64,000 nucleotides of DNA from Elsinoe ampelina (lineage: Eukaryota), in assembly GCA_010093995.1 (NCBI GenBank), contig ML992511.1:171917-235916 (forward strand). Direction: 5' to 3'. Below are positions 36,305 to 50,073 of this stretch, piece after piece. A model generated the notes under the pieces. That model was not told the origin of the DNA, searched no databases, and was given only the letters and a program-made list of their open reading frames with translations. How positions within the stretch are numbered: position 1 is the stretch's first letter; each line of letters starts with the position of its first letter. Made by a program: the position numbers and the translations under genes.

Positions 36305-37689
36305 ATGTCTTCAGGGGCACCGCTACTGTCCTTGCTTCACATAACGAGTGTATTCCTTACTGGCAATGGATTCTCAAAGACCGCCGCACAGCTGCAGAAG
36401 GAGGCACAGAAAAAGGGCATTTCGCTCACTGAGACTGGACCTGAGGCTACACTACCCACTCTCGACAGTGTGTTGACATACTGGAATTCGCAGCACCCAT
36501 CAAACGAGGACGAAGGGTCGCAGAGCGATGATGAGAGCTCGGAGAGCAGCGAGGAGAGCGAGTCAGAGACATCATCCTCCGACGACGACGAGGATGTGGA
36601 GATGGAGGACGTAAAGGAACCTGTAGCGGCCAAGAAAGAGCAAAGTCCGAAAAAAACAGCGACTGCAAAAACAGCACCGACAGAGTCGAAGGGTACTAAG
36701 AGGAAGCGAGACGCCTCAAGTCCAGAGTCCTCGTCTGCTAGTTCCTCGAGCGAGTCTTCAAGCGAAAGTGACAGCGACAGCGACGCTCTAGCGACTACCG
36801 TGAAGCCAACGACTACTTCGAAGAAGCCTGTCAGTGTGAAGAAGGCCGCAGCAGTCCCACTGCCCGAGTCAGAATCGGAGTCAGACTCTTCGTCCAGCGA
36901 ATCCGAAGCTCCAGCGAAGCCTGCGAAAGTCAGCAAGGTTGCCAAAGCGCCAGCTGTAGCCAAGCCAGCTCCCAGCGAGAGCGAGAGCGAGAGCAGCAGC
37001 GAAAGCAGCAGCGAAAGCGAACCCGAAGCGCCTCCTGCCAAAGCAACCACCCCCAAGTCCCCACCACCCAAACCTCGAACCACCAACCCCGCCGCCTCCC
37101 CCTCCAGCATCAGCTCCGGCAGTCTCATCAGCTCCAGCGAAGACTCCGCCTCCTCATCCGTCGACTCTGATTCCGAACCCGAGATCGTCGCCGTCCAATC
37201 CCTCACCAAGAAACCCTCCACCACCACCACCGGCTCCCAATCCTCCGCCACCAGCGCCACCCTCGCCGGCAGCCCTGTCCCCGTGAAGACCGAAGCCGCA
37301 GCGCCAGCCAAGGAAGAATCCGCCCCTGAAGCAGACGACGGTGACATCCACCCCTCCCGCAAACGCCAACTAGACAGCTACGCCGACAACGCCGCCAAGC
37401 GAGTGAAGAAGAGCAACGAGCCCTTCTCGCGCATTCCCAAGGATCAACAAGTCGATCCGCGGTTGGCGAGCAATAAATACGTGGCGTACGACTACGCGAA
37501 CAGAGCGCATGAGAAGTTGATCGTCACGAAAGGGAAGGGGTTCACGAAGGAGAAGAACAAGGGTGAGTTCTTTTGCATATCATCATTCGGGATTTGTTCG
37601 GGCAACGGCTAACAAGTGTAGGCAAGAGGGGATCGTACAGGGGTGGGAAGATCGATTTTACGCCCAAGGGGATCAAGTTTGATGACTAG
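36305..37689 (+). CDS. SRP40: Srp40/Nopp140-like nucleolar protein
   Basis: LisH-like N-terminus and alternating Ser/acidic and Lys/Pro/Ala tracts. SRP40_C domain PFSRIP..YANRAHEKLIVTKGKGFTKEKNK, intron, GKRGSYRGGKID..IKFDD*. Confidence 0.92.
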
Positions 37690-38208
37690 GATGCTGAGAG
37701 CATGGTCCGCAAGGCGGAAAGGAAGTGGGAGAAAGCTCTCAGGGCGGTGAAGAGGGATGACCGTGCTCGCGGGAAGCAAGCTGGACAACGGGCATCCGAG
37801 GAGGCACAATTGGAAAGAGAGGTATGAGAAGACGTCTGGGTTTTGCATCCTCGAGCTGCGACGAACCATAGGTAAACCATGCTCGAGAAGTCTCGAGCCC
37901 GTTCACAAGGAGAGGACGAGAGACATAGACGGCATTGCTTGCGTCTACAAGACAGGAAGGGAGTTTCTATTCCTCACAAAAAAGTCATGCACGCCGTTCA
38001 AGCGTATCGATAGACAGCATTAGATCACGGAGGACACGATAGAAAATTTCCTTCCTTGATTCTCATCTTTCATCAGATTTTCGATAGAGTGACAGTGACT
38101 GTTGCACACGTCTATATATACAATTTCCCCCCAAAGCCAGCACAACACCGGAAATGCTCACTCGCTCGCTAATCGCTACTACGCATGTAATCAATAACCC
38201 CCACCCTA

Positions 38209-41121
38209 CTACCCCTTCAAACCCACCTCATACCCCCCCAACCCCCTCCAAGCATCCAGCACCTCCAAACTCGCCTTCCTCTTCTCCCTCCTCTTCCCCC
38301 CAAACCCCACCACCTCCTCGCAACACTCCCCCAGCCCATCCCCGTCCAACCCCCTCCGCAACCCCACCTTCCCAATCCCCTCGTTCATCCCGGCGAGTTT
38401 CCTCGCGTACTCCCCGCCCCCGCTCACGTCCATCTCGAACGGCATCGTCGCGACGGATTGATAGTCCTCTAGCACGCCCAGTTTGCGGCCCGCGAGTTTC
38501 TCCAGTTCCGAGGAAAGGTGGTCGAGTTCTTCGTGGGATTCAGGCATGGGCACGATGGAGGGTTGGATGAAGGCTGAAGATTGCAGGGGTTCTTTGGTCG
38601 GGGTGTCGATTTCGCTGCGGGAGGCGCCGGAGAGGCTGCCTTCGTCTGTCAGGGAGGGGGAGCGGGAGGCGATGCTGGACATGCGGCGCGGGAGGTGAGG
38701 GGTGGGCGCGGTGGTGGCGGTGGTGAGGCCGGGGGTGACGGGAAAGATGGTGGAGGAGGAGGAGGTGGGGGTGAAGTTGGGGGTTGAGGGGGAGAAGGTG
38801 GATTGGCGGTTAGTGGAGAGGAGGGGGAGGGTGAAGTCGGAGAAGTCGATGTTGAGGTCGGGCATGAGGTTGAAGGTGTCGGCGGCGTCGAAGGTGCGGG
38901 TTCGGCGCGGGGATTTGATCGGGGAGAGGATTTTGGTGTCGCGGTCGTTGTTGAGGGAGGAGTTGCGTTTGGGGAATGTGGGGGCGTCTTCGGTGATGGG
39001 TGTCTTGAGCGCACCGGTGAAGATCTGTGGGCGGAGGATGGAGTATCGGTCGGAGGCGCGCTTGTCAATGCTGGTGGAGGCAATGGAGTTGTGATTGTTT
39101 CCACTCATTCTGATTGGGAGAGGTCCGGAGTATGGGATGGCTTCCAGTTCTGAGATCTCCTCGGCTGGCGTTGGAATCTCAGGAGACCAGTACGAACCGG
39201 AAAGAGGAGGCGTGGGAAGGTTGCCAATGTTGAGAGCACTGGATCCAAGGTGACTTCGGTGCTGGGCACCACTCGATCTCGGTGATGACTTTGTGCTCGG
39301 TAGAGGAGGTGTTGGGAATGTGAGGTTCTCACCAGTCTCAAGAGTGACAGTTGATCCCAAAGAATGACTTCTCTTAGCATCATCCATCAAGGACTGTGCA
39401 CTCTTGTGCTTTGCAGCACTAAGCGGCGCAGGTACAGGAATGGGTGGTTCTTCTTCTTCCGCGATTGGCAAATGTTCCGTCGTGGAATTGGCGAAATGAA
39501 AGTGGTGTGTCTCTGCAGCCCTCTTGCTACGCATCAACTCCAGCAATTCCATCTCTTCAGACGTGACAGCCATGAAATGTGCTGCCCCAGATGGGTACCC
39601 CGAGGTATGCGACCCGCTCATGGTGCTACCATTCGATGACAACATTCTCTCTGATTGACGTATACTCGGACTTCGCGCGACTGAACCGTCAGCGGTAGGA
39701 GGTCGACCTGTAAGTGCAAGGTAAGAAGCTGCGTGACGTGCAAGTATAGGAACTGGTGGTGGGCCATGATTGTCAATGCTAGGTGATATGCGTAACATGA
39801 AAGGAATTGTGCCGGATGTAAGAGTGGTCTGCATACTGGCCATGGACTGTCGCAGGGCAGGAGTCATGCCAGCTGCAGAAGCTGCGGCTGATCCTTTCCT
39901 GTGCATTGTCGCCCGTCGAAGAAACGTACCAGTGTGAGGGCCTGGCGAAGGTGTCAACATGGGTGCCCAACCCGCAGGTGACTGTGGTAATGACTGACTC
40001 TCCTCGTCCGAAGACAAGTCAAGAACAGATCGATTATTTGGATCGTCCGATATCGATCGTACGGTGTGAAGCCCATCGTTGTGCACAGCCGAGTTCTTCC
40101 GACGACGATTAGCCCTGATGTAGGAGAAGTAATCACCCTCCGATGATTGACTGACAAAAGATGTAGGTGCAGCTCTTGCTCGGTGCGGGCCAAGGGACGG
40201 TTGGAATGTCGTCCTCCCAGCCGGCGCCGACATTGGTTGCGGTGTCTCCACCACCTCAGGGTAATCGTCATCTGAAGAGTCATCAAGCGCGTCGAACCAA
40301 TGTGTCACACCTTTGGGCGGTCGTCGGACGTGTATCTTTGCTCGATTGAAAGAGTCCCGACTACGAGCGGCGGACCTACGAGGGAGTGCTGGCGGATCAC
40401 TCGCTCTCGCTTTGGCGACGCCATCGATGCTCGTTCTGAAGGGCATAATGGGTGTGTAGAGAGACAGCGGCGAGGACAGGGCGCTCTTGATCGACTTTTG
40501 CCGGAAGAGTTTCTTTGGCAGTGGAGTGCTAGGAGATCCAAGTGGGCCTGTGATCTCAACCGTGCGTGTGGTGGTTCGAGCGAGGTCTGGACGCGGTGGA
40601 GGCATTCGCGGGGTTTGCCCCTGAATCGTTGACATTCTTGATATTCTCCGATTCGCAACGTAATGCTGAGATTGTCTGTGTTGTTTTGGGCGAAACGGTG
40701 CAGCTGCAGCGTCGTAGGCCGACACTAATGTGTAGGACAGATCCCGCCTCAGTCTCGAGCCCTTTCCGTGAACCGAAGCACGAGACCGCAGTTTCCGCCT
40801 GTGCGGCGGTCGGATGTGAGGGAGGCTATGACTTGTAGGTGTGGATTCTTGCCAGAGTTCTTTACGATTGGGGCCTAGATGTGCAGGGGAGAAGTGAGCA
40901 AAAGAAGGGGGCGGTTGTAAAGAGCTACTGGCGAGAGGTTGTGGCCAGACATGCCGTGTCAAAGGCGAACGTCTAGACGCCTGGACATCAATGTACAGTT
41001 TCCTCGTGGTCCGTTTCGACAGGGAAGAATCGTGAAAAAGTTGTGACCTGTTGTCAGGTTTGCTTCTTCTTGCGGCCAAAAGCACGGGGGGGTGCGACGG
41101 AGCAGCGAACAGCTCGTCCAT
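38209..41121 (-). CDS. Ser/Pro-rich hypothetical protein (970 aa)
   Basis: Long single ORF with short motif islands (HVRRPPKGVTHWFDALDDSS; FMAVTSEEMELLELMRSKRA; EVLDAWRGLGG) in an otherwise low-complexity, probably disordered chain. Confidence 0.8.
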   Translation of the reverse strand: MDELFAAPSHPPVLLAARRSKPDNRSQLFHDSSLSKRTTRKLYIDVQASRRSPLTRHVWPQPLASSSLQPPPSFAHFSPAHLGPNRKELWQESTPTSHSLPHIRPPHRRKLRSRASVHGKGSRLRRDLSYTLVSAYDAAAAPFRPKQHRQSQHYVANRRISRMSTIQGQTPRMPPPRPDLARTTTRTVEITGPLGSPSTPLPKKLFRQKSIKSALSSPLSLYTPIMPFRTSIDGVAKARASDPPALPRRSAARSRDSFNRAKIHVRRPPKGVTHWFDALDDSSDDDYPEVVETPQPMSAPAGRTTFQPSLGPHRARAAPTSFVSQSSEGDYFSYIRANRRRKNSAVHNDGLHTVRSISDDPNNRSVLDLSSDEESQSLPQSPAGWAPMLTPSPGPHTGTFLRRATMHRKGSAAASAAGMTPALRQSMASMQTTLTSGTIPFMLRISPSIDNHGPPPVPILARHAASYLALTGRPPTADGSVARSPSIRQSERMLSSNGSTMSGSHTSGYPSGAAHFMAVTSEEMELLELMRSKRAAETHHFHFANSTTEHLPIAEEEEPPIPVPAPLSAAKHKSAQSLMDDAKRSHSLGSTVTLETGENLTFPTPPLPSTKSSPRSSGAQHRSHLGSSALNIGNLPTPPLSGSYWSPEIPTPAEEISELEAIPYSGPLPIRMSGNNHNSIASTSIDKRASDRYSILRPQIFTGALKTPITEDAPTFPKRNSSLNNDRDTKILSPIKSPRRTRTFDAADTFNLMPDLNIDFSDFTLPLLSTNRQSTFSPSTPNFTPTSSSSTIFPVTPGLTTATTAPTPHLPRRMSSIASRSPSLTDEGSLSGASRSEIDTPTKEPLQSSAFIQPSIVPMPESHEELDHLSSELEKLAGRKLGVLEDYQSVATMPFEMDVSGGGEYARKLAGMNEGIGKVGLRRGLDGDGLGECCEEVVGFGGKRREKRKASLEVLDAWRGLGGYEVGLKG

Positions 41122-42645
41122 GATCCCGGTCGCTCGTGCGTGTCCTAGCGGTTTGGGCTGCAGATGTCATGCAGTAGGCATGCTCCAGATCACTATCACT
41201 GCCCAGATGGGCAAAGCGTCTGGAGTTTGACAGGTACGATCGCGGTTCCTATTGGGAGGAAAGCCTGGCCAGGATTTTGGGCTGAGCCGGCGGTATGGAT
41301 AGAGCACGTCCTGTGGTGATCCGGGTGGAAGTAGCGAGGGCGCAAGCGGGTTTCCGGTCGGGCTGTCGATGGGTATGCAGCTAGTATGCAGGGTGACGGC
41401 GTCGAGATGCAATCCAGACTGGTAAGGCGCCTTAGGTTGGGGGTCCTTTGGTGGGTATAGGGGGTGTCGGTGAAGAGTAATGCAAGGCTACTGCACGAAG
41501 AATGACGCCGTTTGTCGAGAGGAAGCGGGCGACGACAGGATCCATGGACAGGCTCTGGGACATTCTTGCACCTCTGGCCACACTGGCGACCGTTGGACAT
41601 AGTCTCCGGAACGGCAAATGTGATCAACGGTGAGGGTGTCGTTTTTGTGTCACGGTACCTCAAGGCGATTCGCTACTGAAGCCGTTATGCCAACGCTACC
41701 ACGTGAGACACGTGAGTGTGACCTTGTTCGAGTAATTCTGCCGTTGAAGGAATCCCCATCACAAGCAGACAGGGGGGCGGAGGTTAGTGACGAAGCGGCT
41801 CGCGGACTAGCGAAGTCGACGTGTGATGTGGGAAAAAGGAAAAGAAGCCTGCATGGCGTGTGCGTTTCATGACAAGCATCTGGAGGAGCTGTCACCACTA
41901 TCACAGCTTCAGCTGGTTGTTCTCAAGTAATCCTGCCCACAGGCCGGATCCAGTCCATCACTTCCATCAGTAACCGAATGTAGATCACTTTGTCAGACTT
42001 GTTTCGGTCTTCTGGTGGAAAAGTCGACAATAACAAATATGGCATTGAGTTATACTTCACGTACTAAACTGCTCTGGGTGGCCCCCCACCTCTTGGTTCA
42101 GGCCCACCTCGTCAGGGGATGCTCGGGGCGAAGAGGCCCAGGCGCCTCCTCCGCCGCTAGAATATGCACCTCATTCATCCATCCACTCGCTCGAGCGACA
42201 GCGACGTGCATGCATCAAGCTAGTCAGTTCTCGCATCCCTAGCAACATGGGTAGGTCGCTCGGCTCACTCTGAAAAGAAATCATTTCACAGAACAATTTT
42301 TGACAGGTCAGACAATAATGCTTCTGATCGGCGCCGCACGTTACCAACGCCCTATCGAAGATGTCGTTTGTGCTACATTTGGCCACTTCTCATGACGTAC
42401 GGAAAGTGATTCGTCTGGTGACCCGGGCAAGCCGGATGATGATACTTAGCAACTGTATTCTCGAACGTAGGTTCTGACGAGTTGCACTTCATTCGCGAGA
42501 CATGGCTCTGCCAAGTAAGCGGTACCACCAGAACCATTGCTGAACCCTTGTTCCCCCCCCCCCCCCATATCTTGATAGCACACTTGTCATTGGGTAGAAG
42601 GCTCATGATTCCGGCCTGTACGCCTCTCCTGGTCTGCGATTTTGA

Positions 42646-44941
42646 CTATCCTTCTGCTTCAGGCGGTGTACGAAACGTAGCAGACACCAGAAAGACTTGA
42701 TCATGCTGGTATCGCGTCTGATATGCGAGTCGGGGACTGCGACGAGGTGTCTGCGGTATCACACCCCTAGTCCTGTGTATTGGAGTGGTACTTTGCTGAA
42801 TGGTGTCGTGCGGCGCTTTGGAAGTCCTAGCCCGCTTGAGAGGCGTCCCATGACTCCCATCATTGGGCAGCGGCGGCATTGACGGTCTCTTGCCGTTATG
42901 ACTTCTCGTCCTGCCCTTCAACGCTGACGGACTCCTCGGGATGACAGGTGTCGGGGGTTCTGCTGGCTTGCGTATCCTTACTTCAGACCAGTAAAGACGC
43001 TTCATCTCACGGATCCCTTCTGTGCCAGTACTTAAAGTCCACAGCGGCTGTGCTCTGCGGCGGTCCTTCCTGCTGATGATGCCAGAGGTATGCAAGGTGT
43101 TGACAAGGTCTTGAGTGACATCGAGGTCCTTGTCGATCTTAGAGCTAAGCTCCTTTACAGTCATCGGCTTTTCTTCTCGTAAGTGATGAATAAGTGTGCG
43201 TAGTAGGGCAGTGCTTTGGTGCTTCTCGATTGTCTCCTGGCTGGCGTCCTTTGTCATCGGCGCGCAACCAAAGCAGATGTGTTCGATCTCGTTCATGGAG
43301 AGGTTGATGGCAAAGTAGCCGTAGCAATGGCCGTGCTGCCCTGTCTGACATTTTTCGCAGCGGAGCTAAAGCAGTCAGCGTATGAAAGGCGAATACACAT
43401 GATTGAAAGCTTACAATCCGGCCTTCTGCTTGATCGATACCACAGATACATGACATTACCAGCGGACGGTCCTGACCGTTGTCCTGATCTGGCGCTGGAA
43501 ATTTGGGGTTGGTCGACTCAAAGAGTCCATGGCTGTCCTCGCCCGTGGTGTCATACGTATCAGGTATGCGTATCTGGGTGTCAGCTTGTGTTGGACCCGT
43601 TGAAGCCGTCTCGGCCTGGATACATTAGGTCAGATCCACCATGTGCAGAGTCTGTCAACCATACCATGTTCTTCAGATGGTCCTTGCGGCCTCGATCCCC
43701 TAGCGAAGCGTGTCTTTTCTGGTAGCTGACGTCCTCTACGCTGTCTGTGACGCCATTTGGCTCATCGAGATCATCATTCAGGTGCCCCGACGTTTTGTCT
43801 ACCAGTCCGACAGCATCGAAGAGCATAGATGTTGTCTCCTTCTCTGCTGAGATTGCGTCGGTGTATGTCAGACTTGGACACGACGCCGTCCGGATGGGAA
43901 CTCGATTGCCACTTTTTGATGACTTCATGGCAATGGCACCCAAGTGTAGTCTGGTGATAACTTGTCAGCCATGTCTACACACATGAATTTTGAGACTGTT
44001 CCTCACGCTTCGTATTCTCTTGTGCCAAGATGGACGGCTTGTGGTCGGTATGCTATCGGTTTCCAGCCCTCTTTGACAGGAAGCACACTGGGCTCTCCCC
44101 AGGTTTCTGTCATACCAATTGGTGGATGTGTCTTTCTGTCTGTGTGTAGCGTCTGGAACGCAACGTATGCTTGTTCTGTATTTCTTTTTCAGCCATGATC
44201 AAATCCGGACTGGGCAAAGACGACTTACCCGGCAGTGGGGCCATATCAACGAAGAAGTTTTGAAAGTCTTCAAAAGACCGTGCGAGACTCCGTATGACAG
44301 TGATGACCGCAAGACTTTTCGGGTCTGGACGTGGAGAATGAGATGCATCCACTACGAACAGACCATCATGTTCCACCATGAGTGTATATGATTCGAGAAC
44401 GTTGTTAGGATGACGGGGATCTTCCATGATGAACAGCTTCAGGGCAACCAGGGTTCTGTCTTCTAGTTCCGGGAAGACGATCGTTTCCTGACATGGTCAG
44501 CTTAAAAAACTCTTTGATGCTAGCAATGAACTACCAGGATGTTTTGTACCACGGCCGGCCTAGCATGATCGTGTGACCTGAGATATGGCACCACGGAGCC
44601 GTTCTTCGGTGCTTCAGAAGCGTCTGGATACTCGATGAGTTTAGTATGAGACAGATTTGCCGGCGTATGCTGCCATAGCATAGTTGTGAAGTAATCCGCA
44701 GGAAATAATTTCCTACCAGCAATCAGCCAAACTCATGGCCAAGCCGGACCTGCAAGTGTGTAGTGAAAGCTGACCTGTTGTAAAATATCATGGACAACTG
44801 CATCTAGGTTAGTGAGGTTTGCGTGATACTCGACGGTTTCTAACTTACGGCAGCTTTGAACCATATCTTCGCTGCTTCAAGAGACTGTTCTGCGCCTACC
44901 AAAGCTTCAGATGCGGAGCCTATCTTTCCCTTTGGCGCCAT
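42646..44941 (-). CDS. HOP1: Meiotic HORMA-domain axis protein Hop1 (HORMA + PHD + winged helix), divergent
   Basis: Manually spliced with 7 GT-AG introns into one open frame. HORMA: EQSLEAAKIWFKAA|LSMIFYNR|KLFPADYF..|ETIVFPELEDRTLVALKLFIMEDPRHPNNVLESYTL. PHD: CICG..|LRCEKCQTGQHGHCYG..HICFGC. These are followed by a helix-turn-helix-like segment and a basic LKRARTSK tail. Confidence 0.82.
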
Positions 44942-46043
44942 GATGATGTGGAACTTAATGACGAGATGTGCTAGAGGGAGCTGGTAGAGCAGTGCTGTAG
45001 GTCGATGAGGCTTGAGTGAAGTCGAGGATCGAGGGGAGATGACTGGTAGTGGAAGGGCCCAATGAGGGCGACAGGCCTTTGTCCTGATTAGGAAGCCACA
45101 GCTCACTGGCAGGCAGCCTTGAGCGGACGATGGGTGAGGTCACAGCGGACAAGATGTTTGATGCGTGGAGAGCTTGCAGCTGGCAGTCAATTTAGCAGGG
45201 TCTGCTTCATTGTCCTTTGGCAGATGAGGGAGAAAACGACCGGTCGCAGATGCTAAAGTCCTACCGTGATGGTTGAAGCCACCGCAGCTTCAGCATCACA
45301 GCCTGAAGAGCAATTTACATGTGATATGAATGGCAAATAATTTCAATCTCAAGTCGAAGAATGTACAAGACAGATCATCGAGGGATGCTCTAATCACGAT
45401 GTGCTCAGCGAATGGGATGGAGCGATTGATGGTTGAAGATATTGGACAGCGGACGAAACATTGCCATCTGATGCTACAGTACTCGCTGAGGCATCGTTTG
45501 ATAGACAATCCATGCTTCACGAGAATGTGGGGGAAGAGCATTAATATATAGACGAGATTATCGGTCTTGGCGGTCGGGGGCCGGAGAGTTGTTCCTTGGT
45601 CAAGTTGTTTCTGACAAAGGAGGAAAGTCCCCACGCCTCAGCGTCAACCCTGCTCGTTTCCAGCCTACAGTAACACCAACCCCAAAACCCACTTGCATCC
45701 CGACCTCAGCTCTGCTTGTCTTGCAAAGGATATTTCCGAATACCCACTCATCACCCTTTCAGCCCCTCGACGCGGCACGATCACGACCTCTTACTCTGCA
45801 CCGCTGGTTAGTTGTTCACGTGCTTCTGGCGGCTACCCATGATCCAGCTGCCCGGTCACAATGATCACAAACTCCATTCACGGATAAACTCTGCCTACAA
45901 GGACAAACAAGTGCTATTCCTGTAAACCCCCAGCGCCCATCAGGTTGATCGGGGTGTGTTTCTCGATTTCCGGACCGATATCACACAACTCATGGCATTC
46001 ATGTCAATTTGAAGAGCAAGGGTCCGCACAACACTGGGCAGTC

Positions 46044-49000
46044 ATGTCTGTATCACCCCACCAAGAACACGACCTTTCCACTATGGAGACTAGAAGTCGC
46101 CGAGGAGCGTCTGTCTCTTCTCTTCGGGCTACATCTCCAACCCTCTCAAAAGCAGAAATTCTACCCACGGCACCATCACAAGTCTCTCGAACCACAGACA
46201 TGGAGCCCATCATACCTCCCTACTCGACGGCTGGGCAGTTCGCCTATGCCCCGGCCACTCAGCAGACTACAGTAGTTACGACAACTACAACGACTGTTAA
46301 CCTCGCTCCATTTGTCTTACAACCTCCAAAACATCTCAACGAACGCGACCCGAAGCAATACCCTCTAGCTTACTCTCCTACCCCGGAGTATATGAAGAAT
46401 ATCCGATTTCAGCTCGGAGGCAGGCTCACCACATTCACGGAAGCTGAGGAGCCGGGCTCGTTTCTTGGGAAAGTACGTGATGCAATCTGTGCTCCTGCAT
46501 GAAGGGGTTGATAATCGGTCCTTTGGCTAATTCAAGTCAGTACGAGCAGCAACAGCAGCTTATCAAGAACAACAATGGGATTGTGAAAGAGTTGGAATAT
46601 ACATCGCCCGTCGAAGATCCCGGACAGACTAGCAAGACTCGGGCCTCAGCCATGACACGCAGCGGCAGACTTCGTCTAGACGGTTCAAAGGCAACACCAA
46701 CACCACCAAGCTTGGCAGCCGCAGCAGAACTCGCCGAGTCACAAAGACGGAAAGGAAAGCGAAGGTCGCACATGATGGCCTCGCAGGGTACAGACGACGA
46801 GCTGCAAGGCCCTACACGTAAGTTACGCCAGTCCAACGCCGCATCCGACGACCGCGTCCCGCCTTTCACACCCAACACTGATGCTGGCTCCGCGCACAAA
46901 ATGCCTGGAAAATCTCAAGCATCCCTCGACTCGACACAAGCAACGGCGTCCGACTCACAAGATTCACGATCATTGAGAGCACCTAGCAGCTTGCGACGAA
47001 CCAGTAGTCGACGTCGCCAACAGGAGCAGGATGCCGGACCTTCAGCTACTATAGGGCTTGTGGCTGCTACACCTCCCATCATGGACAGCGACGTCGAGGG
47101 TGATGCGCCCACCTCCCAACCAATAGATCACCAGCCCAACTTGCCGTCCATGTTGAACCTCAGCTCTCAACAGGATGCCAGTTTACCAAGCCCGAGCCTT
47201 TCACCCGTGACTGCTGCGGCCAACATGCGCAATCGCCAGCTTCTTTCTCGACGTCACACAGAGAACGACGATGTCAGCGATATGTCTGGTCTGGAGAACG
47301 AGCCAACCGTGAAACGCAAGTTGCCTCCCATGTTCGATGCCGAGCCACAGAAATCCATGATCAGTACAGGGCTTGGGATTGACGATAGCCTCTCTACACT
47401 TGATAGCACGGCATCGAAGCAGCCGACCCTGATGGACGTCCCGGAGATGATCTCCATGTTTGACTCTCTACCTACCGAGCTGCAAAGCTATGTCATGTTC
47501 CAGCTTCTGAAAAGGTCGAATAAACAGACACTCAGGACTGTGGCAGAAGTTGTTGGACCCGCACTGAAATGCGATCCATTCGATACACTACCAGTCGAGC
47601 TTAGTCTCAAAATCACCAAGCATCTCGACGCCGTCACTCTGGCTCGTGCTGCGCAGGTCTCGAAGCACTGGCGACATCTGGTCAATTCTGACGAAACAAC
47701 CTGGAAAGAGCTCATCGAACAGGAAGGATTCGACTTGTCTGACGGTGAGATCGAACGCGCTGTACGTCAAGGCTGGGGCTGGCAGTTTCCGACACAGAGC
47801 GAGTATGAAAGAGATCTGTCTGGCCGTAGGTCTTCCAGGAGCTCTACCAAAAATGCAGAAGCAGAACAGGCCAAGTCTAACGAGACTGACGAAGAAACAT
47901 CTTCGACTGTTCGCAATACTCGCAAGCGCAAGGCATCTGCTCCTTCGACGTCAGCCAAACGACAGAAGCGCAAGGCGTCAACCCCGCATGATGACGAAGT
48001 CCGCTGGATGCGCGAACTACAAAAGGGTCAAGGCCCTATCGCATATGCCAGCGCCGCTGCAGCAGCCGTTCCTGATCCAAAAGTCGGCTTGGCTAGTCTG
48101 AAGAGCCTGCATCTGTTCAAGAGTATCTATCAACGACACCACATGATGCGTCAAACGTGGATGAAAGGAGACACGGAGCCTCATCACTTGGCATTCCGTG
48201 CGCACCACCGCCACGTTGTGACTTGCCTTATTTTCTTCAACGATCGCATCATTACTGGTAGTGACGACACTTCCATCAACATCTTTGATTTGCGTACTGG
48301 AATCCTGCGAAAGCGTCTCGAGGGTCATGAAGGTGGTGTTTGGGCTCTGTCGTGTGATGGGGATACTCTGGTGTCCGGCTCCACAGACAGGTCTGTTCGT
48401 GTCTGGAATATGACTACGGGACAGTGTATGCAGACTTTTCAGGGTCACACGTCTACGGTCCGCTGCCTCGTCATCTTGAAACCGACCAAGACAGGCGAGG
48501 ATGCTGACGGCAACGCCATCATGCATCCATCCGAGCCTGTCATCATCACCGGGAGTCGTGATTCCACGCTACGGGTCTGGAAATTGCCAAAGCCTGATTC
48601 ACCCCAGATGCACCAAGCAGGTCCACCGGAGAACGAATCCGACAATCAGTACGCCTTGCGCACACTCAACGGACACCATAACAGCGTGCGAGCGATTGCA
48701 GCGCATGGAGACACTCTAGTGTCTGGCTCGTATGACTGCAGAGTGTATGTCTGGAAGATCAGCACAGGAGAGCTTGTTCATCGCCTGCAAGGACACAGCC
48801 AGAAGGTGTACAGCGTCGTTCTTGACCATGAACGCAACCGCTGCATATCTGGATCCATGGACAACCTGGTCAAGGTCTGGTCATTGGACACTGGCTCCTG
48901 TCTGTTCACCCTCGAAGGTCACACGTCTTTGGTGGGTCTCCTGGAGCTCAGCCATGGCAATCTCGTCAGTGCCGCCGCCGACAGCACACTTCGTGTTTGG

Positions 49001-49432
49001 GATCCTGATACCGGACACTGCAGGAGCACACTATCCGCTCATACTGGTGCTATAACCTGTTTCCAGCATGACGGGGCAAAGGTCATCTCGGGTTCCGACA
49101 GGACGTTGAAGATGTGGGATATCAAGACGGGTGAATGCGTGAGGGACCTGCTGACTGACCTGAGTGGGGTATGGCAGGTCAGGTTTGATGAGAGAAGGTA
49201 ATTCATCACTGCTCATAGCTCGACCGAAAAGACATGTGCTAACGTTAACAGATGTGTCGCGGCAGTCCAGCGCAACAATCTTACGTATATCGAAGTTCTG
49301 GACTTTGGCGCCTCCCGCGATGGCGTCCCCGCCGCAGATCGTGGTCGTAGAATCGTGGTCGACTCTCGTGGCCGCGAGATGACAGACGACGATACAGTGG
49401 TGGTGGAAGTCGCGCCTGTTGCACAGCCCTAG
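46044..49432 (+). CDS. CDC4: F-box/WD40 protein Cdc4 (Fbw7-like SCF substrate receptor)
   Basis: Introns 46473-46540 and about 49198-49251. Dimerisation region, F-box DPFDTLPVELSLKI, AHHRHVVTCL, GHEGGVWAL, GHTSTVRCL and further WD40 repeats; C-terminal YIEVLDFG. Confidence 0.94.
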
Positions 49433-50073
49433 GCGGGGAGGGGTGCGAACCAGCGTCCATGATCAATAATCATGGAAAGCTTTCTCCTTTTTTTTCAATC
49501 GGCCACTTGCTCCATGAGCATGGGCTTACTTCGAGCGGAGTCAAATGGGTGGATACCAGAGTATGCTATAGCATTGGCCAGCATGGGTGGGTTTTCTAGC
49601 GACGATCATTGCACAAACTTGGGATTGCATGGGATAGCCTGGGTTTTAGGCATGGGAATGAGGGGACGATTTGTTTTCCTACCTGAGGGAGAGAAGAGAC
49701 ATGAGACATAGACAGATGAGAGCATGTATATATTGCATTTCTAGCATTCGTTTGTGTTGTGCCTGTGATCTTTCTGTAATGTTATTGCCAACGGATTCAC
49801 ACCTCTGCTTCAATACTGTGGTGGAATGTTTTCAAGTGCTTCGATGCATGAGGGCATGGCACCAAGACAAGCGACGCACTGACCGAAGCAGATGATTCTT
49901 CAGGGACATACCTTCCACAGTAAGAGGTCATGATTCATACAATTCATAATCGTGCATGGAATCATAGAGGTAGCCCGCCAGCAAGCCACCCGTTTCCCCT
50001 TCTTGTCTCCCAACCTCCAATTTCCCAATCCCCCTCCCCCCTCCCCCCCCCCCTTTTTTTTTCCTCGCTGCAT

